Shown piece after piece: positions 9,360 through 19,900 of a stretch of DNA of 64,000 nt (its first letter is position 1; each line of letters starts with the position of its first letter). This DNA comes from an uncultured Gammaproteobacteria bacterium (GTDB taxonomy: Bacteria > Patescibacteriota > Patescibacteriia > UBA2591 > CAYTBZ01), in the NCBI GenBank assembly GCA_964436275.1, contig CAYTBZ010000001.1, positions 33,980 to 97,979 on the forward strand. The letters run 5' to 3'. Position numbers and translations under genes: made by a program. The notes beneath the pieces are model-generated. The model had not been told where the DNA came from, made no database searches, and saw only the letters and a program-made list of their open reading frames with translations.

Positions 9360-11291
9360 TTATTGTTTTTTTCTTAAAAAATAATTCTCTAAAACCTCTT
9401 TTGCCACAGGTAAAGCGGCTTGATGTCCCTCCCCTCCGTTTTCAATCAAAACAGTAATAACAATTTCTGGATTATCATAAGGAGCATAACAAGTAAACCA
9501 AGCATCTGGTTTTTTTTTACCACCTACTTGGGCTGTTCCGGTCTTTCCGGCTACCTTTACTGGTAAATTTATAAGAGCCCGGGCGCTTCCATAAAGAACT
9601 GCATCTCTCATTCCCTGCTGAACAATTTTAATGTTTTCCTTTTTTGCTAAATTACTCTTTATTATTTTTGGTTGAACTATTTCTACTTTTCCACTCTCAT
9701 TATCAATAATCTTTTTTACTAGATAAGGATGAAAAAGAGTTCCACCATTAGCAATCATTGCTGTATAACTAGCTACTTGCAAAGGGGTAACTAAAATGTC
9801 TCCTTGTCCGATAGCCAAGTGATAAGTATCACCTATATACCATTTCTCTTTTTTAACTTTCTCTTTCCAAAGAGGAGATGGAAGAAATCCTTTTGCTTCA
9901 CCAAATAAATCTATGCCTGTTTCCTTGCCTAATCCGTATTTCTTAAGATAGGCAATTATTTTCTCTATTCCTAAACCTTTAAAATTTTTATATCCTCCGC
10001 CAATGTAGTAAAAAAAGGTATTAACTGATTGAGCAATGGCTTTTCTTACATTAGTCAATCCGTGTCCTCCGATTTTCCAATCTGGGAAGAACCATTTACC
10101 AATTCTTATCCCCCCCTGACTATTTATTGTTGTTTGAGAATTGATAATTCCTTCTTCTAAAGCAGCTAAAGCAATTAAAGGTTTGATTGTTGAACCAGGA
10201 GGATATTTTCCTGAAACGGGCCGAAAAAATAATGGATGAAGAGGATTATTAATTAACTCCTCAAATTTCTCTTGAGAAAGACCTTTAATAAACAGATTAT
10301 TATCATATCCTGGAAAAGAAACAAGGGCTAATAACTGACCATTCTGGGGGTTCAAAGCAACAGCTGCCCCTGCCTTTCCTTTAACTCTTTTTATATTTTT
10401 TTCTAAAGCGTTAGCAAGATCTTTTTGTAATTGGCTATCAATATTTAAAACTAAACTTTTTCCCGGTTTCGCTTTCTTTTTATTTAGAACTTCTTTTTCC
10501 CTGCCCAAAGAATCAACCTCTATTTGTTTTTTTCCTTTCTCTCCTTTTAATAAATTTTCATAATACGCTTCTAAACCAGACCTACCTAAATAGTCGTCAA
10601 AAGAATATCCCTCCTTTCTTTTTTTTAACCACTCTTCTCTAGTTATTTTGCCTAAATATCCTAAACAATGTGAGAAGGATTGTCCTGCTAAATAATGTCT
10701 CTGACCCCTTATTTTTAATTTTACTCCCGGTAACTGGTCTTCTATTGTTTTAAACAATATTGCCTTCTCTAAGCCAATTTCTTCAGTCAAAATTACTGGT
10801 TGATAGGAATAAGGGGAATTATTTTCTAAAATTTTTTTTGCTTTATCTTTAATTGAAGAGTCAAAAAGATTAGCCAGTTTATTTAGAACTTCCTCTCTTT
10901 TATTTTCTTCTTTAGGAAAATCACCCGGCACAATAGTTAAATAAAAATCAGGGATGTTTTCTACTAACTTTTTACCTTGTCGGTCATAAATTAATCCTCG
11001 ACTTGCTTTAATCTCAATTATTCTAATTCTATTTCCCTCGGCTATCTTTTGGTATGTTTTCCCTTTAACTATTTGAAGAAAAAATAGCCTTATAAACAAT
11101 AAAGAGGTCAACAAGAAAATAAAGAAGAAAACTCTTTTAATAGATGAATAATCAATAACTTTTTTTAAAGGTTTCTCTTGCTTATCTATTAACCATTCAT
11201 CTCCTTCGTGTTTTTTAAAAGAATATCTTTTTATCAAGGCCTTTTTCTTGTTAAAAAATTTATTTTCTGGAAACAAGGAAGGATTTCTCAT
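9360..11291 (-). CDS. mrdA: Penicillin-binding protein 2
   Basis: PGSTIKP (SxxK), SVN (SxN), GKTGTAQ; downstream of mreBCD. Confidence 0.92.
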   Translation of the reverse strand: MRNPSLFPENKFFNKKKALIKRYSFKKHEGDEWLIDKQEKPLKKVIDYSSIKRVFFFIFLLTSLLFIRLFFLQIVKGKTYQKIAEGNRIRIIEIKASRGLIYDRQGKKLVENIPDFYLTIVPGDFPKEENKREEVLNKLANLFDSSIKDKAKKILENNSPYSYQPVILTEEIGLEKAILFKTIEDQLPGVKLKIRGQRHYLAGQSFSHCLGYLGKITREEWLKKRKEGYSFDDYLGRSGLEAYYENLLKGEKGKKQIEVDSLGREKEVLNKKKAKPGKSLVLNIDSQLQKDLANALEKNIKRVKGKAGAAVALNPQNGQLLALVSFPGYDNNLFIKGLSQEKFEELINNPLHPLFFRPVSGKYPPGSTIKPLIALAALEEGIINSQTTINSQGGIRIGKWFFPDWKIGGHGLTNVRKAIAQSVNTFFYYIGGGYKNFKGLGIEKIIAYLKKYGLGKETGIDLFGEAKGFLPSPLWKEKVKKEKWYIGDTYHLAIGQGDILVTPLQVASYTAMIANGGTLFHPYLVKKIIDNESGKVEIVQPKIIKSNLAKKENIKIVQQGMRDAVLYGSARALINLPVKVAGKTGTAQVGGKKKPDAWFTCYAPYDNPEIVITVLIENGGEGHQAALPVAKEVLENYFLRKKQ

Positions 11292-11294
11292 AAG

Positions 11295-11798
11295 TTATTT
11301 CCTTTTTTCTAAAAGAGTAAAAAGAAAAGTAATAATAACTATTACTGCTGTATTTAAAATAAGGGTATTTAATAATGAAGTAAAGAATATTTTATTCAAA
11401 ACAACAGGTATTTGAATGATACCTAATTTATAAAATAAAAAACTTAAAAAAGTAAAAGATAATTGATAAATCAAAAGGGATAAAAAGGAAAAAATAGTTA
11501 AAGAAACTAAAGAATAACGAGGAAAAAACTTCTTGAAAAGATAGTGGGCAAAATAACTTACAAATAAGAAAAGAACGATATAAGTGCCGAAAGGATAAAA
11601 AGAATAAAAAGATAAAATAAATCCACCAAAGAGACTCCAGAAGAAACTTAAACGATAATCAAACAAAACAAAGAAAATAATAAAACATAAAATCAAGTTT
11701 AAAGAAGAAAGAAAGGAAAAATTTCTTAAAACAACTAATTGAAAAATTCCTAAAATAAAAATTATTAAAATATGAAATAAAATTTTATTTATCCTCAT
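11295..11798 (-). CDS. mreD: Rod shape-determining protein MreD-like
   Basis: Small multi-TM protein between mreC and mrdA. Confidence 0.7.
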   Translation of the reverse strand: MRINKILFHILIIFILGIFQLVVLRNFSFLSSLNLILCFIIFFVLFDYRLSFFWSLFGGFILSFYSFYPFGTYIVLFLFVSYFAHYLFKKFFPRYSLVSLTIFSFLSLLIYQLSFTFLSFLFYKLGIIQIPVVLNKIFFTSLLNTLILNTAVIVIITFLFTLLEKRK

Positions 11799-12633
11799 TT
11801 TTTGGCTTAAGAACAGCTACCAAGTTTATCTCTTTAAACGGAATTAATGGTCTAGCCAAAACATCCTGAAATAGTTCTCCGGATTTGATCTCTACATCTT
11901 CTATTTCACCAATAATTAAACCTTTGGGAATATATCTTTCCTTTCCTGAAGTGACAACAATGTCCCCTCTTTTCACCTCTTTATCTACTGGAATTAAACT
12001 TAAAGATAAATAAAATCCATGAACCCCCTGAACCAGACAATCAACATTTTCTTTTTCATTAAGAACAGTGCCAGCAAAAACACTTTGGTAATCAGTAATC
12101 AAACGAACAAAAGAAGAATAAGGATTAACTTTGATTACTTTTCCTATTAAAAAACCTTGGGGCTCTTTTTCATCATTTTGGAGAATAGATTTAGAAAAAA
12201 CAACAGGATAACCAGGTTTTATCCCATCTTTTTCTCCTAAATCAATAATTAATCCAATTTGAGCACTAGGAGCCTCCTTAATTTGACCGATAACATTAGC
12301 TAAAACAAAATTATACCTTTGTTTAAGGAAAAAATTAAGCGCTTCTCTTAAACTTTTATTCTCTTCTCGATAAATTTTCAATTGACTGTTTTCAATTAAT
12401 AAGTCATTGACTTTCTCTCTTAGTCCTTTATTCTCTTTTAATAATTCATCTTTAGACCTAAAGAAACTCCTTAAATTATCAATTTTATGAGATAAAAAAG
12501 AAAATTTTTGGAGTAAAGGATTAGTTATTCTTTTTTGAATACCTTTAGAAAAAGACAGCAATTCAAAAAGTATAAAGAGAATAAAAAAAACGAGAATAAT
12601 CCAAAGTAAAAGACTAATTTTTTTCCTTTTCAT
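11785..12633 (-). CDS. mreC: Rod shape-determining protein MreC
   Basis: TM plus coiled coil, IDLGEKDGIK, GDIVVTSG, PKGLIIG. Confidence 0.9.
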   Translation of the reverse strand: MKRKKISLLLWIILVFFILFILFELLSFSKGIQKRITNPLLQKFSFLSHKIDNLRSFFRSKDELLKENKGLREKVNDLLIENSQLKIYREENKSLREALNFFLKQRYNFVLANVIGQIKEAPSAQIGLIIDLGEKDGIKPGYPVVFSKSILQNDEKEPQGFLIGKVIKVNPYSSFVRLITDYQSVFAGTVLNEKENVDCLVQGVHGFYLSLSLIPVDKEVKRGDIVVTSGKERYIPKGLIIGEIEDVEIKSGELFQDVLARPLIPFKEINLVAVLKPKNEDK

Positions 12634-12655
12634 AAGAAGTATTACAAGGAAATTA

Positions 12656-13711
12656 TCATTTAATCTTTGCTTCTTCTTCCTCAGGATAAACGGCTAACTC
12701 CTTAAGCTGTTCAAAGTTTTCTAAAATAAAACCAACTCCCCTAATAACTGCTGTTTGAGGGTCTTCAAGAATATGAACAGGAATTTTAATTTCTTTGGAG
12801 ATTAATTTATCAATATTTTTCAACAAAGCACCCCCACCACAAAGAACAATTCCTTTTTGATAAATTTCAGCGACCAATTCTGGAGGAGTCATTTCTAAAA
12901 TATCCTTGATATTATTCAAAATTATTTTTAAGGACTTTTGAATTGCTTCTCTTATCTGAGAATCATTAACTATTATTTCTTTAGGAAGTCCGGAAATTGC
13001 ATCTCTTCCCCTAACTTTTGTCTCTAAGGCCTCTTTAAGAGGGAAAGCCGAACCAATTCTCTTTTTCAATTCCTCAGCTGATTTCTCTCCTAAAAGAAGG
13101 TTCCATTCACTTTGCGCATATTGAATAATATTTTTGTTCAACTCTTCCCCAGCCACGGGAAAAGATTTTCCAATTACAATCCCCCCTAAAGAAATAACAG
13201 CAATTTGTGTGATTCCGCCTCCGATGTCAACAATCATTGAACCAGTCGCCTCTTGAACTGGCAACTTTGCACCTACAGCCGCAGCTAAGGGACTCTCCAC
13301 TAAAAGTACTTCACCTGCTCCTGCTTGTTTTGCTGCATCTTCTACAGCCTTCTTCTCAACGCCAGTAATATCTAAAGGAATTGAAGAAAGTATTCGTGGC
13401 CGACTAAAAAAGCCAAATTTCTCTTGAGATATCTTATCAATAAAAAAGCCCAACATTTTTTCAACTGCTTCAAAATCAGATATAATTCCTTGAGAAAGTG
13501 GACGGGTGGCTAGAATATGGGCTGGTGTCTTACCTACCATTTTCAAAGCATCTTCGCCCATAGCCAAAATTGAATCTGTTCGGGTATTAATAGCGATGAC
13601 CGAAGGCTCATTTATAACTATTCCTTTGCCCTTGACACAGACCAAGGTATTACTTGTTCCCATATCTATTCCTATATCTTTAGAAAATTTTCCTAAAAAA
13701 TTTTTAAACAT
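12656..13711 (-). CDS. mreB: Rod shape-determining protein MreB
   Basis: IGIDMGTSNT, NEPSV, DIGGG, LCGGGALL. Confidence 0.95.
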   Translation of the reverse strand: MFKNFLGKFSKDIGIDMGTSNTLVCVKGKGIVINEPSVIAINTRTDSILAMGEDALKMVGKTPAHILATRPLSQGIISDFEAVEKMLGFFIDKISQEKFGFFSRPRILSSIPLDITGVEKKAVEDAAKQAGAGEVLLVESPLAAAVGAKLPVQEATGSMIVDIGGGITQIAVISLGGIVIGKSFPVAGEELNKNIIQYAQSEWNLLLGEKSAEELKKRIGSAFPLKEALETKVRGRDAISGLPKEIIVNDSQIREAIQKSLKIILNNIKDILEMTPPELVAEIYQKGIVLCGGGALLKNIDKLISKEIKIPVHILEDPQTAVIRGVGFILENFEQLKELAVYPEEEEAKIK

Positions 13712-14942
13712 TTTTTATTTTTATATAATTAAATAATTCTCTAAAATTAACTAATTTTACCTCTTTTTTATTTCTTTTTTTAATTTCTATTTTATTACCT
13801 GTTTTTTCACTAATCACTAAACGCCAAGGAATTCCTAATAGGTCAGCATCTTTAAGTTTTACTCCTCCTGACTCTTTACGTTGGTCATATAGTACTTCAA
13901 AATTCCTCTCTTGTAAAGATTGGTATATTTTCCTTGCTCTCTTCTCATCTTTAGCTAAATTAATTAAATGAATTTGGAATGGAGCTATTTCTTCTGGCCA
14001 GATAATTCCATCTTTATCATGATAAACTTCAACTACCGCTCCCATAATTCTTGAAGGTCCAATACCATAACATCCCATAAAAACTGGTTTATTTCTTCCA
14101 GTTTTATCAACATAAGTAAAATTAAAAGCTTGAGAGAATTTTGTTCCTAATTTGAAGATATTCCCTACTTCAATTGCTTGTTTTTTTACCAAATTTTTAC
14201 TGCCGCACTGTGGACACTTTTTCCCCTCTTTTTCTGCTAGTTCTTGATTAAGTCCAATTTTACATTTTTCACAAAGATAAATAGTATCCTCTCCAGTAGA
14301 AGCAATAGTTTGAAATTCATGGGAATATTCAGAAAACACCCCACCAGAAGCATAAGTTAAATAAGTAAAAGCACTCAATTTCAAACGGCGGAAAATTTTA
14401 AAATAAGCTTTCTTCACCTTTTCATAATATCTGTCTAAATCTTCTTTAGAGGTATGAAAAGAATATAAATCTTTCATACTGAATTCTCTTCCTCGTAAGA
14501 GCCCTGATTTTGCTCTTGGTTCGTTACGAAATTTATCTTGAATCTGAAAAACATAAACCGGTAAATCTCTATAAGATTGAACAAAATTTTTAACCAAAGG
14601 AGTAATTACTTCTTCATGGGTGGCTCCTAAAACATATTCTTTATCTCCTAAACCCTTAAATTTAAACAATGCCTTAAAATTATTATACCGTCCAGTTTTT
14701 ATCCACCAGTTTTTAGGAGTTAAAGCTGGCATTAAAATTTCCTGTCCTCCAATTGCTTCCATCTCTTGACGGATTATCTCTTTTATTTTATTTAAAACTC
14801 GTAAACCAAGAGGTAAATAAGCATAAACCCCAGCCATCACCTTAAAAATAAATCCGCCTTTTATTAAAAGCTGGGAATTTATACTCACTTCTTCTTTAGG
14901 AACTTCTTTGATTGTTTTAGTAAATAATTCTGATTGTAGCAT
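13704..14942 (-). CDS. proS: Proline-tRNA ligase (short form without editing domain)
   Basis: ATHEE, KFRNEPRAKSGLLRGREFSMKDLYSF, EVGNIFKLG, MGCYGIG; start re-placed at MLQSELF (14942). Confidence 0.93.
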   Translation of the reverse strand: MLQSELFTKTIKEVPKEEVSINSQLLIKGGFIFKVMAGVYAYLPLGLRVLNKIKEIIRQEMEAIGGQEILMPALTPKNWWIKTGRYNNFKALFKFKGLGDKEYVLGATHEEVITPLVKNFVQSYRDLPVYVFQIQDKFRNEPRAKSGLLRGREFSMKDLYSFHTSKEDLDRYYEKVKKAYFKIFRRLKLSAFTYLTYASGGVFSEYSHEFQTIASTGEDTIYLCEKCKIGLNQELAEKEGKKCPQCGSKNLVKKQAIEVGNIFKLGTKFSQAFNFTYVDKTGRNKPVFMGCYGIGPSRIMGAVVEVYHDKDGIIWPEEIAPFQIHLINLAKDEKRARKIYQSLQERNFEVLYDQRKESGGVKLKDADLLGIPWRLVISEKTGNKIEIKKRNKKEVKLVNFRELFNYIKIKNV

Positions 14943-14995
14943 AATAAATTTAGTAAGAGAGACCTTTCTTATACTATTCAAAATAGAAAAATTGG

Positions 14996-15310
14996 TCAAT
15001 ATTCCAAAGTTTTTAAAACACTTCTTATTCTTTCTGCCTCTTGCTTAACTAAAGGAGTATCATATTCTCCACTATGAGCCCGACTACCTGAGTAAACAGT
15101 CCTTTTTTGGTCTAAATGAAGAGATAGAACAAAACCTTCTTGGTTATTAAGTTTTTTAATAAATAGATGGAAACGTGGATAAGCGCTTCTTCCTATTCTT
15201 CTAATTCCACTTACTAAATTATCTTTTTGTCCTCCTCGCCACTGGTAGCCAAGACGTCTAATTAAATCATAGAGATTTTTTTTAATCTGTTTTTTCCAAT
15301 AAATCTTCAT
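14996..15310 (-). CDS. Hypothetical protein
   Basis: ORF between rseP and proS; likely start MKIYW just after the rseP stop; YPRFHLF..LHLDQK..HSGEYD. Confidence 0.7.
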   Translation of the reverse strand: MKIYWKKQIKKNLYDLIRRLGYQWRGGQKDNLVSGIRRIGRSAYPRFHLFIKKLNNQEGFVLSLHLDQKRTVYSGSRAHSGEYDTPLVKQEAERIRSVLKTLEY

Positions 15311-15311
15311 T

Positions 15312-16517
15312 TTACCAACCAATCGTCCTTTTAAATACCCCAATAATTTTCCCTCCATACCTAGCAAGGTCGAAATAAGTTACTATTAAAACAATAATCA
15401 TTAAGGCAATAAAGCCAAAAGTATGAATAGCGTTCTCTATTTCAATTTTTATCTTTCTACCCCTGATTTTTTCAATCAAAAGAAAAACTAATCTTCCTCC
15501 ATCTAAGGCAGGTATAGGCAAAATATTAATAATACCCAAATTTAAAGAAAGAAGGGCAGTAAATTGTAAAAGATAAATGAATCCTAAGTGAACTACTTGA
15601 TTAGTCAAAACAGCTATACCGATTGGTCCAGTTACTCCTCCTTTTATGCCTTTTCCTAAAATAAGACCCTTAACCATCAAAAAGATAAACCATATAAATT
15701 TACCAATTAAAATAATAGTCGTTTTTATCCCCTTCCAAATGGCTAAATACCAGGGATAACTAATAGTGCCTACTTTAACTAAACCTACACCAATAAGGGC
15801 TTTGCTTCCTTCTAATTCCTCTGTTTGAAAAGATATATTTTTAAATTCAGTTAGGGGGCGAGGAATTACTTTTTTCTCTAAAATTTTATCAAATCTTTTA
15901 ATTTTTAAATTAAGGGGTTGGTTGACTGATTGATTTACCTTTTCTTTAAAATCCTCTATTTTATAAACTTTTTCCCCATTGACCTCTAAAATCTCGTCAC
16001 CTATTTTAAGTCCTGCTTTTTCTGCTGGTGAATCTTTAAGAAGAGAAATTATCTCTATCCTTTCATCTTTTATTTTAAAATTCTTATTGCTTTTATCAAT
16101 CACCTGAGGTGATCCCAGAGAAAAAACAATAGATAATAAAATCATACAAAGAACAAAATTCATTAAGACGCCACCTGAAATTATTAGTCCCCTTTCCCAA
16201 ATCTTTTTATGAGCAAAACTATCTTCATCCTCTGCTTTTTCACCGGCTTCACCTTTTATTTTTACAAAACCACCTATAGGCAACCAATTTAAAGAATAAA
16301 TAGTATCTTCCGACTTAATTTCTTCTGTTTTTTGATTCCCGAAAAATAATTTTCTTCGGCCATTAACTTTTTTCAACCCGAGTATCCGCGGCGGATAGCC
16401 AAAACCGAATTCTTCTACTTTGACTCCTCTTCTTTTAGCAAAAATAAAATGGCCAAATTCGTGAACAAAAATTGATACGCCTAAAATTAAAATAAAAACG
16501 ATAATGGTAATCAACAT
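15312..16517 (-). CDS. rseP: RIP metalloprotease RseP (M50, PDZ)
   Basis: HEFGH, LPIGGFV, PDZ (SPAEKAGLKIGD), NILPIPALDGG. Confidence 0.93.
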   Translation of the reverse strand: MLITIIVFILILGVSIFVHEFGHFIFAKRRGVKVEEFGFGYPPRILGLKKVNGRRKLFFGNQKTEEIKSEDTIYSLNWLPIGGFVKIKGEAGEKAEDEDSFAHKKIWERGLIISGGVLMNFVLCMILLSIVFSLGSPQVIDKSNKNFKIKDERIEIISLLKDSPAEKAGLKIGDEILEVNGEKVYKIEDFKEKVNQSVNQPLNLKIKRFDKILEKKVIPRPLTEFKNISFQTEELEGSKALIGVGLVKVGTISYPWYLAIWKGIKTTIILIGKFIWFIFLMVKGLILGKGIKGGVTGPIGIAVLTNQVVHLGFIYLLQFTALLSLNLGIINILPIPALDGGRLVFLLIEKIRGRKIKIEIENAIHTFGFIALMIIVLIVTYFDLARYGGKIIGVFKRTIGW

Positions 16518-16521
16518 AAAT

Positions 16522-18309
16522 TTATTCTAAAATTGCTTTTATTCTTCTTACTCCAGCAGAAGATGACTGCTCTTTAATAATTTTAAACTTGCCTAAAACA
16601 CCTGTCCTTTTCACATGAGGACCAGCGCAAATTTCCTTAGAGAAATCTCCTATTGAATAGACCTTTACTTTTTCTCCATATTTATTCTCAAATAGTCCAA
16701 TAGCACCTTCCTTTTTTGCCTCCTCCAAACTCATCTCTTGACAAATAACTGGTAAATCTTTTTCTATTTGTTGATTGACTAAATCTTCTACCTTCTTTAT
16801 CTCTTCAGGGGTTAATTTACGCGGGAAAGAAAAATCAAAACGCAATCTTTCTGGGGTAATATTACTACCCATCTGTCTAACCTTATCTCCTAAAACTATT
16901 CTTAATGCTTGATGAAGTAAATGAGTGGCAGTATGATATTTTTTAGAAATCTCTGAGTGGTCAATCAAACCTCCTTTAAATCTTTTCTTTGCTCCTGCCC
17001 GTGAAATTTCTCTATGCTTTTCCATAAGTTTATTAAAATCTTCAATTGCTTTTGGGTCAACCTTTATTTTTTCTTCCTTAGCAATTTCTAATGACATTTC
17101 CAGCGGGAAACCATAAGTAGAAAAAAGAGAATATAAAATATCACCGTTCAATTTTGAATTAATACTGACTAACTTATTAAACATTTTTAATCCTTTTTCT
17201 AAAGTGCGGTTAAATTTTTCTTCTTCTCTAATCAACTGTTCCTGAATAAAATCTCTATTCTCTTTTAATTCTGGGTAGATATCCTGCATTTGGTTAATAA
17301 CTATTTCGCTGATTTTGAAAGTAAAGGAAGGTTCTTTAATGTCAATCATTCGACCATATCTAATCGCTCGACGGATAAGTCGACGCACAACATAACCCTG
17401 GTCCAAATTTGAAGGGGTAATTCCTCTCTTATCGCCTAAAATAAAAGTTGCGGCTCTTAAATGGTCAGCGATAATTCTCATCGCCTTTTTAATTTTCTCA
17501 TTATCATTGTATTTTTTAGAAGAAAGTTTTTCAATTTTCTGAATAATTGGCCAAAGAGAGTCAATATAATAAACATCAGGGAAACCATTTAAAACAGCAA
17601 CAACTCTTTCTAATCCCATTCCTGTATCAACATTTTTTTGTTTCAATTCGCTAATCTGTCCATTTTTATCTTTATAATAAAACATAAAGACATTATTCCA
17701 AATTTCTACCCACTTTTCTGGCTCATTTTTTGGATTACTTTGGAAAGAAGGCAAATTTTTATTAGAATAATAGAACATTTCTGTGTCCGGACCACACGGT
17801 CCAATCTCTCCTACCGGACCCCACCAATTATCTTCTTCTCCCATAAAAACTATTCTATTCTCAGGAATGCCTAATTTTTTCCAAAAGAGAAATGACTCCT
17901 CATCTCTTGGCAAATTTCCCTTACCTTCAAAAAGAGTGATGGCTAACTTATCTTTTGATAAATTAAGCCAACGAGGATGAGTTAAAAACTCAAAACTCCA
18001 CTCAATAGCTTCTTTTTTCCCATAATCTCCTAATGACCAGTTACCCAACATTTCAAAAAAAGTTAAATGCCAAGCGTCTCCTACCTTTTCAATATCACTT
18101 GTTCTAATACATTTTTGACAATTGGCTAATCTTCTACCCTGAGGATGTTTTTCTCCTAAAAGAAAAGGAATAAGTGGATGCATTCCCGCTGTAGTGAATA
18201 AAACTGTGGGGTCATTTTCAGGAATTAAAGAAGCAGAAGGGATAATTTGATGCCCCTTCTCTTTAAAAAAATCTAAAAATTTTTTTCGTAGTTCTTGGGA
18301 AGTTATCAT
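16522..18309 (-). CDS. alaS: Alanine-tRNA ligase (compact, no C-Ala domain)
   Basis: LFTTAGM, HLTFFEMLGNWS, DTGMGLER, HTATHLL, EICAGPHV, GVRRI. Confidence 0.96.
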   Translation of the reverse strand: MITSQELRKKFLDFFKEKGHQIIPSASLIPENDPTVLFTTAGMHPLIPFLLGEKHPQGRRLANCQKCIRTSDIEKVGDAWHLTFFEMLGNWSLGDYGKKEAIEWSFEFLTHPRWLNLSKDKLAITLFEGKGNLPRDEESFLFWKKLGIPENRIVFMGEEDNWWGPVGEIGPCGPDTEMFYYSNKNLPSFQSNPKNEPEKWVEIWNNVFMFYYKDKNGQISELKQKNVDTGMGLERVVAVLNGFPDVYYIDSLWPIIQKIEKLSSKKYNDNEKIKKAMRIIADHLRAATFILGDKRGITPSNLDQGYVVRRLIRRAIRYGRMIDIKEPSFTFKISEIVINQMQDIYPELKENRDFIQEQLIREEEKFNRTLEKGLKMFNKLVSINSKLNGDILYSLFSTYGFPLEMSLEIAKEEKIKVDPKAIEDFNKLMEKHREISRAGAKKRFKGGLIDHSEISKKYHTATHLLHQALRIVLGDKVRQMGSNITPERLRFDFSFPRKLTPEEIKKVEDLVNQQIEKDLPVICQEMSLEEAKKEGAIGLFENKYGEKVKVYSIGDFSKEICAGPHVKRTGVLGKFKIIKEQSSSAGVRRIKAILE

Positions 18310-18310
18310 T

Positions 18311-19891
18311 TTAATGGAAGGAAACGGGCTTTTTATTTTTTATTTCCTCTAAACTTATAGGTTTTTCTTCAGGAGCAGTTGCCTTTTTTTCTCGGAGATG
18401 TTTTTTTATCACTGCGTCTTCATTGATAAGTCCTTTTCTCACCTTTTTTAAACATTCTTTGCAATAGACAGGTCTAACACCATCTGGTTTAAAAGAAACC
18501 TTTGTCTTCTTACCACAAGCCCAGCATTCAGCTTCATATTTTTTAACCTCTTTTTTCTCCTCTTCTGAAGAAATGTTTTTCTTTTCCTCCTTTCTTTCTT
18601 CTTCAATAACCCCACTCCAACGAGCAATTTTGTCTTCAATAACTTCTCTTTTTACCGCATATCTCTCTCGAGAAACTTTAATAATAGAATCACGATAAGA
18701 TTTTTGAGGTAAAGGACGAGGAGGAAGAGTTACTGCGCTAAACGGGTCACCAGCAATTCCGTCAACCATTAACTTTAAATAAATATGAAACTTAGGAAGG
18801 TTCACCATATCATTTGCTGTAAAAGTTGGAGCAAATTCCTTTTCTAAAAATTCTGCATCAGCAGCGCCTACTCGAAAAACAATTATTGTACCAACATTGC
18901 CGAAAACAGCGTCTCTAACAACTTCATCCATTTGAGAAATATATTGATGAGCCATAGTAATGGATAAACGATATTTTCTTGCTTCTGATAAGATATTAGC
19001 AAATGACTCTGTAGCAAAATTTTGAAACTCATCAACATAAAGATAAAAATCTCTTCTCTCCTCTTCTGGAGTATCAATTCTACTCATCGCCGCTAACTGA
19101 ATTTTAGTAATCATCATTGCGCCTAATAGATGACTAGCGTCTTCACCAATCGCTCCTTTAGATAAATTCATAATAAGGATCTTTCCTTCATCCATTACTG
19201 TACGTAAATCGATTTTTGATTTAGTTTGACCAACAATATTTCTAATCAACGGGCTTGATAAAAACTGTCCAACTTTATTTTGAATAGGAGCAACTGCTTC
19301 TGTGGCAAAACGATCAGGATAACGGGCGAATTCTTCTGTCCAGAATGACTTAACTACTGGATCTTTTATCTTGGAAACCACCTTTTTTCGATAGGTTTTA
19401 TCTACTAACATTCTCATAATTCCTAAAAGGGTGCTCCCCGGATATTCAAGAAGGGCTAAAATAGCGTTTCTTAGAACATATTCTAATCTTGGACCCCAAG
19501 AATCAGCCCAGATTTTTTTAAAAACGCCAATCAAACCAGAAGCAACAAGATGACGAAAAGCAGGATCTACCTTTTCCATAACATTAAAAGAAATAGGATA
19601 CTCAATATCAGCAGGATTAAAATAAATAACATCATTAACTCGATGAGAAGGAACAAAATCTAAAACTTTTTCTGCATATTCACCATGAGGGTCAATCACT
19701 GCTAAACCATTACCCGCTTCAATATCTGAAATAGTCATATTTTCTAAAAGAACTGTTTTACCCATTCCTGTCTTACCAACAATATAGATATGACGACGAC
19801 GATCATCTTTTTTAATACCAAAAATACGCCGTTGACCACGGAAATTTGTCTCAGCAAAAAAAGTTATTTCATTTTCTTGATTGTTAGTCAT
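18311..19891 (-). CDS. VirD4/TraD-like (T4SS coupling/HerA-FtsK family) ATPase with C-terminal CxxC-x17-CxxC zinc ribbon
   Basis: Walker A GKTGMGKT, IDPHGE, Walker B YVDEFQNF, SEARKY; CWAC...PVYCKEC tail. Confidence 0.85.
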   Translation of the reverse strand: MTNNQENEITFFAETNFRGQRRIFGIKKDDRRRHIYIVGKTGMGKTVLLENMTISDIEAGNGLAVIDPHGEYAEKVLDFVPSHRVNDVIYFNPADIEYPISFNVMEKVDPAFRHLVASGLIGVFKKIWADSWGPRLEYVLRNAILALLEYPGSTLLGIMRMLVDKTYRKKVVSKIKDPVVKSFWTEEFARYPDRFATEAVAPIQNKVGQFLSSPLIRNIVGQTKSKIDLRTVMDEGKILIMNLSKGAIGEDASHLLGAMMITKIQLAAMSRIDTPEEERRDFYLYVDEFQNFATESFANILSEARKYRLSITMAHQYISQMDEVVRDAVFGNVGTIIVFRVGAADAEFLEKEFAPTFTANDMVNLPKFHIYLKLMVDGIAGDPFSAVTLPPRPLPQKSYRDSIIKVSRERYAVKREVIEDKIARWSGVIEEERKEEKKNISSEEEKKEVKKYEAECWACGKKTKVSFKPDGVRPVYCKECLKKVRKGLINEDAVIKKHLREKKATAPEEKPISLEEIKNKKPVSFH

Positions 19892-19900
19892 AAGAATTTA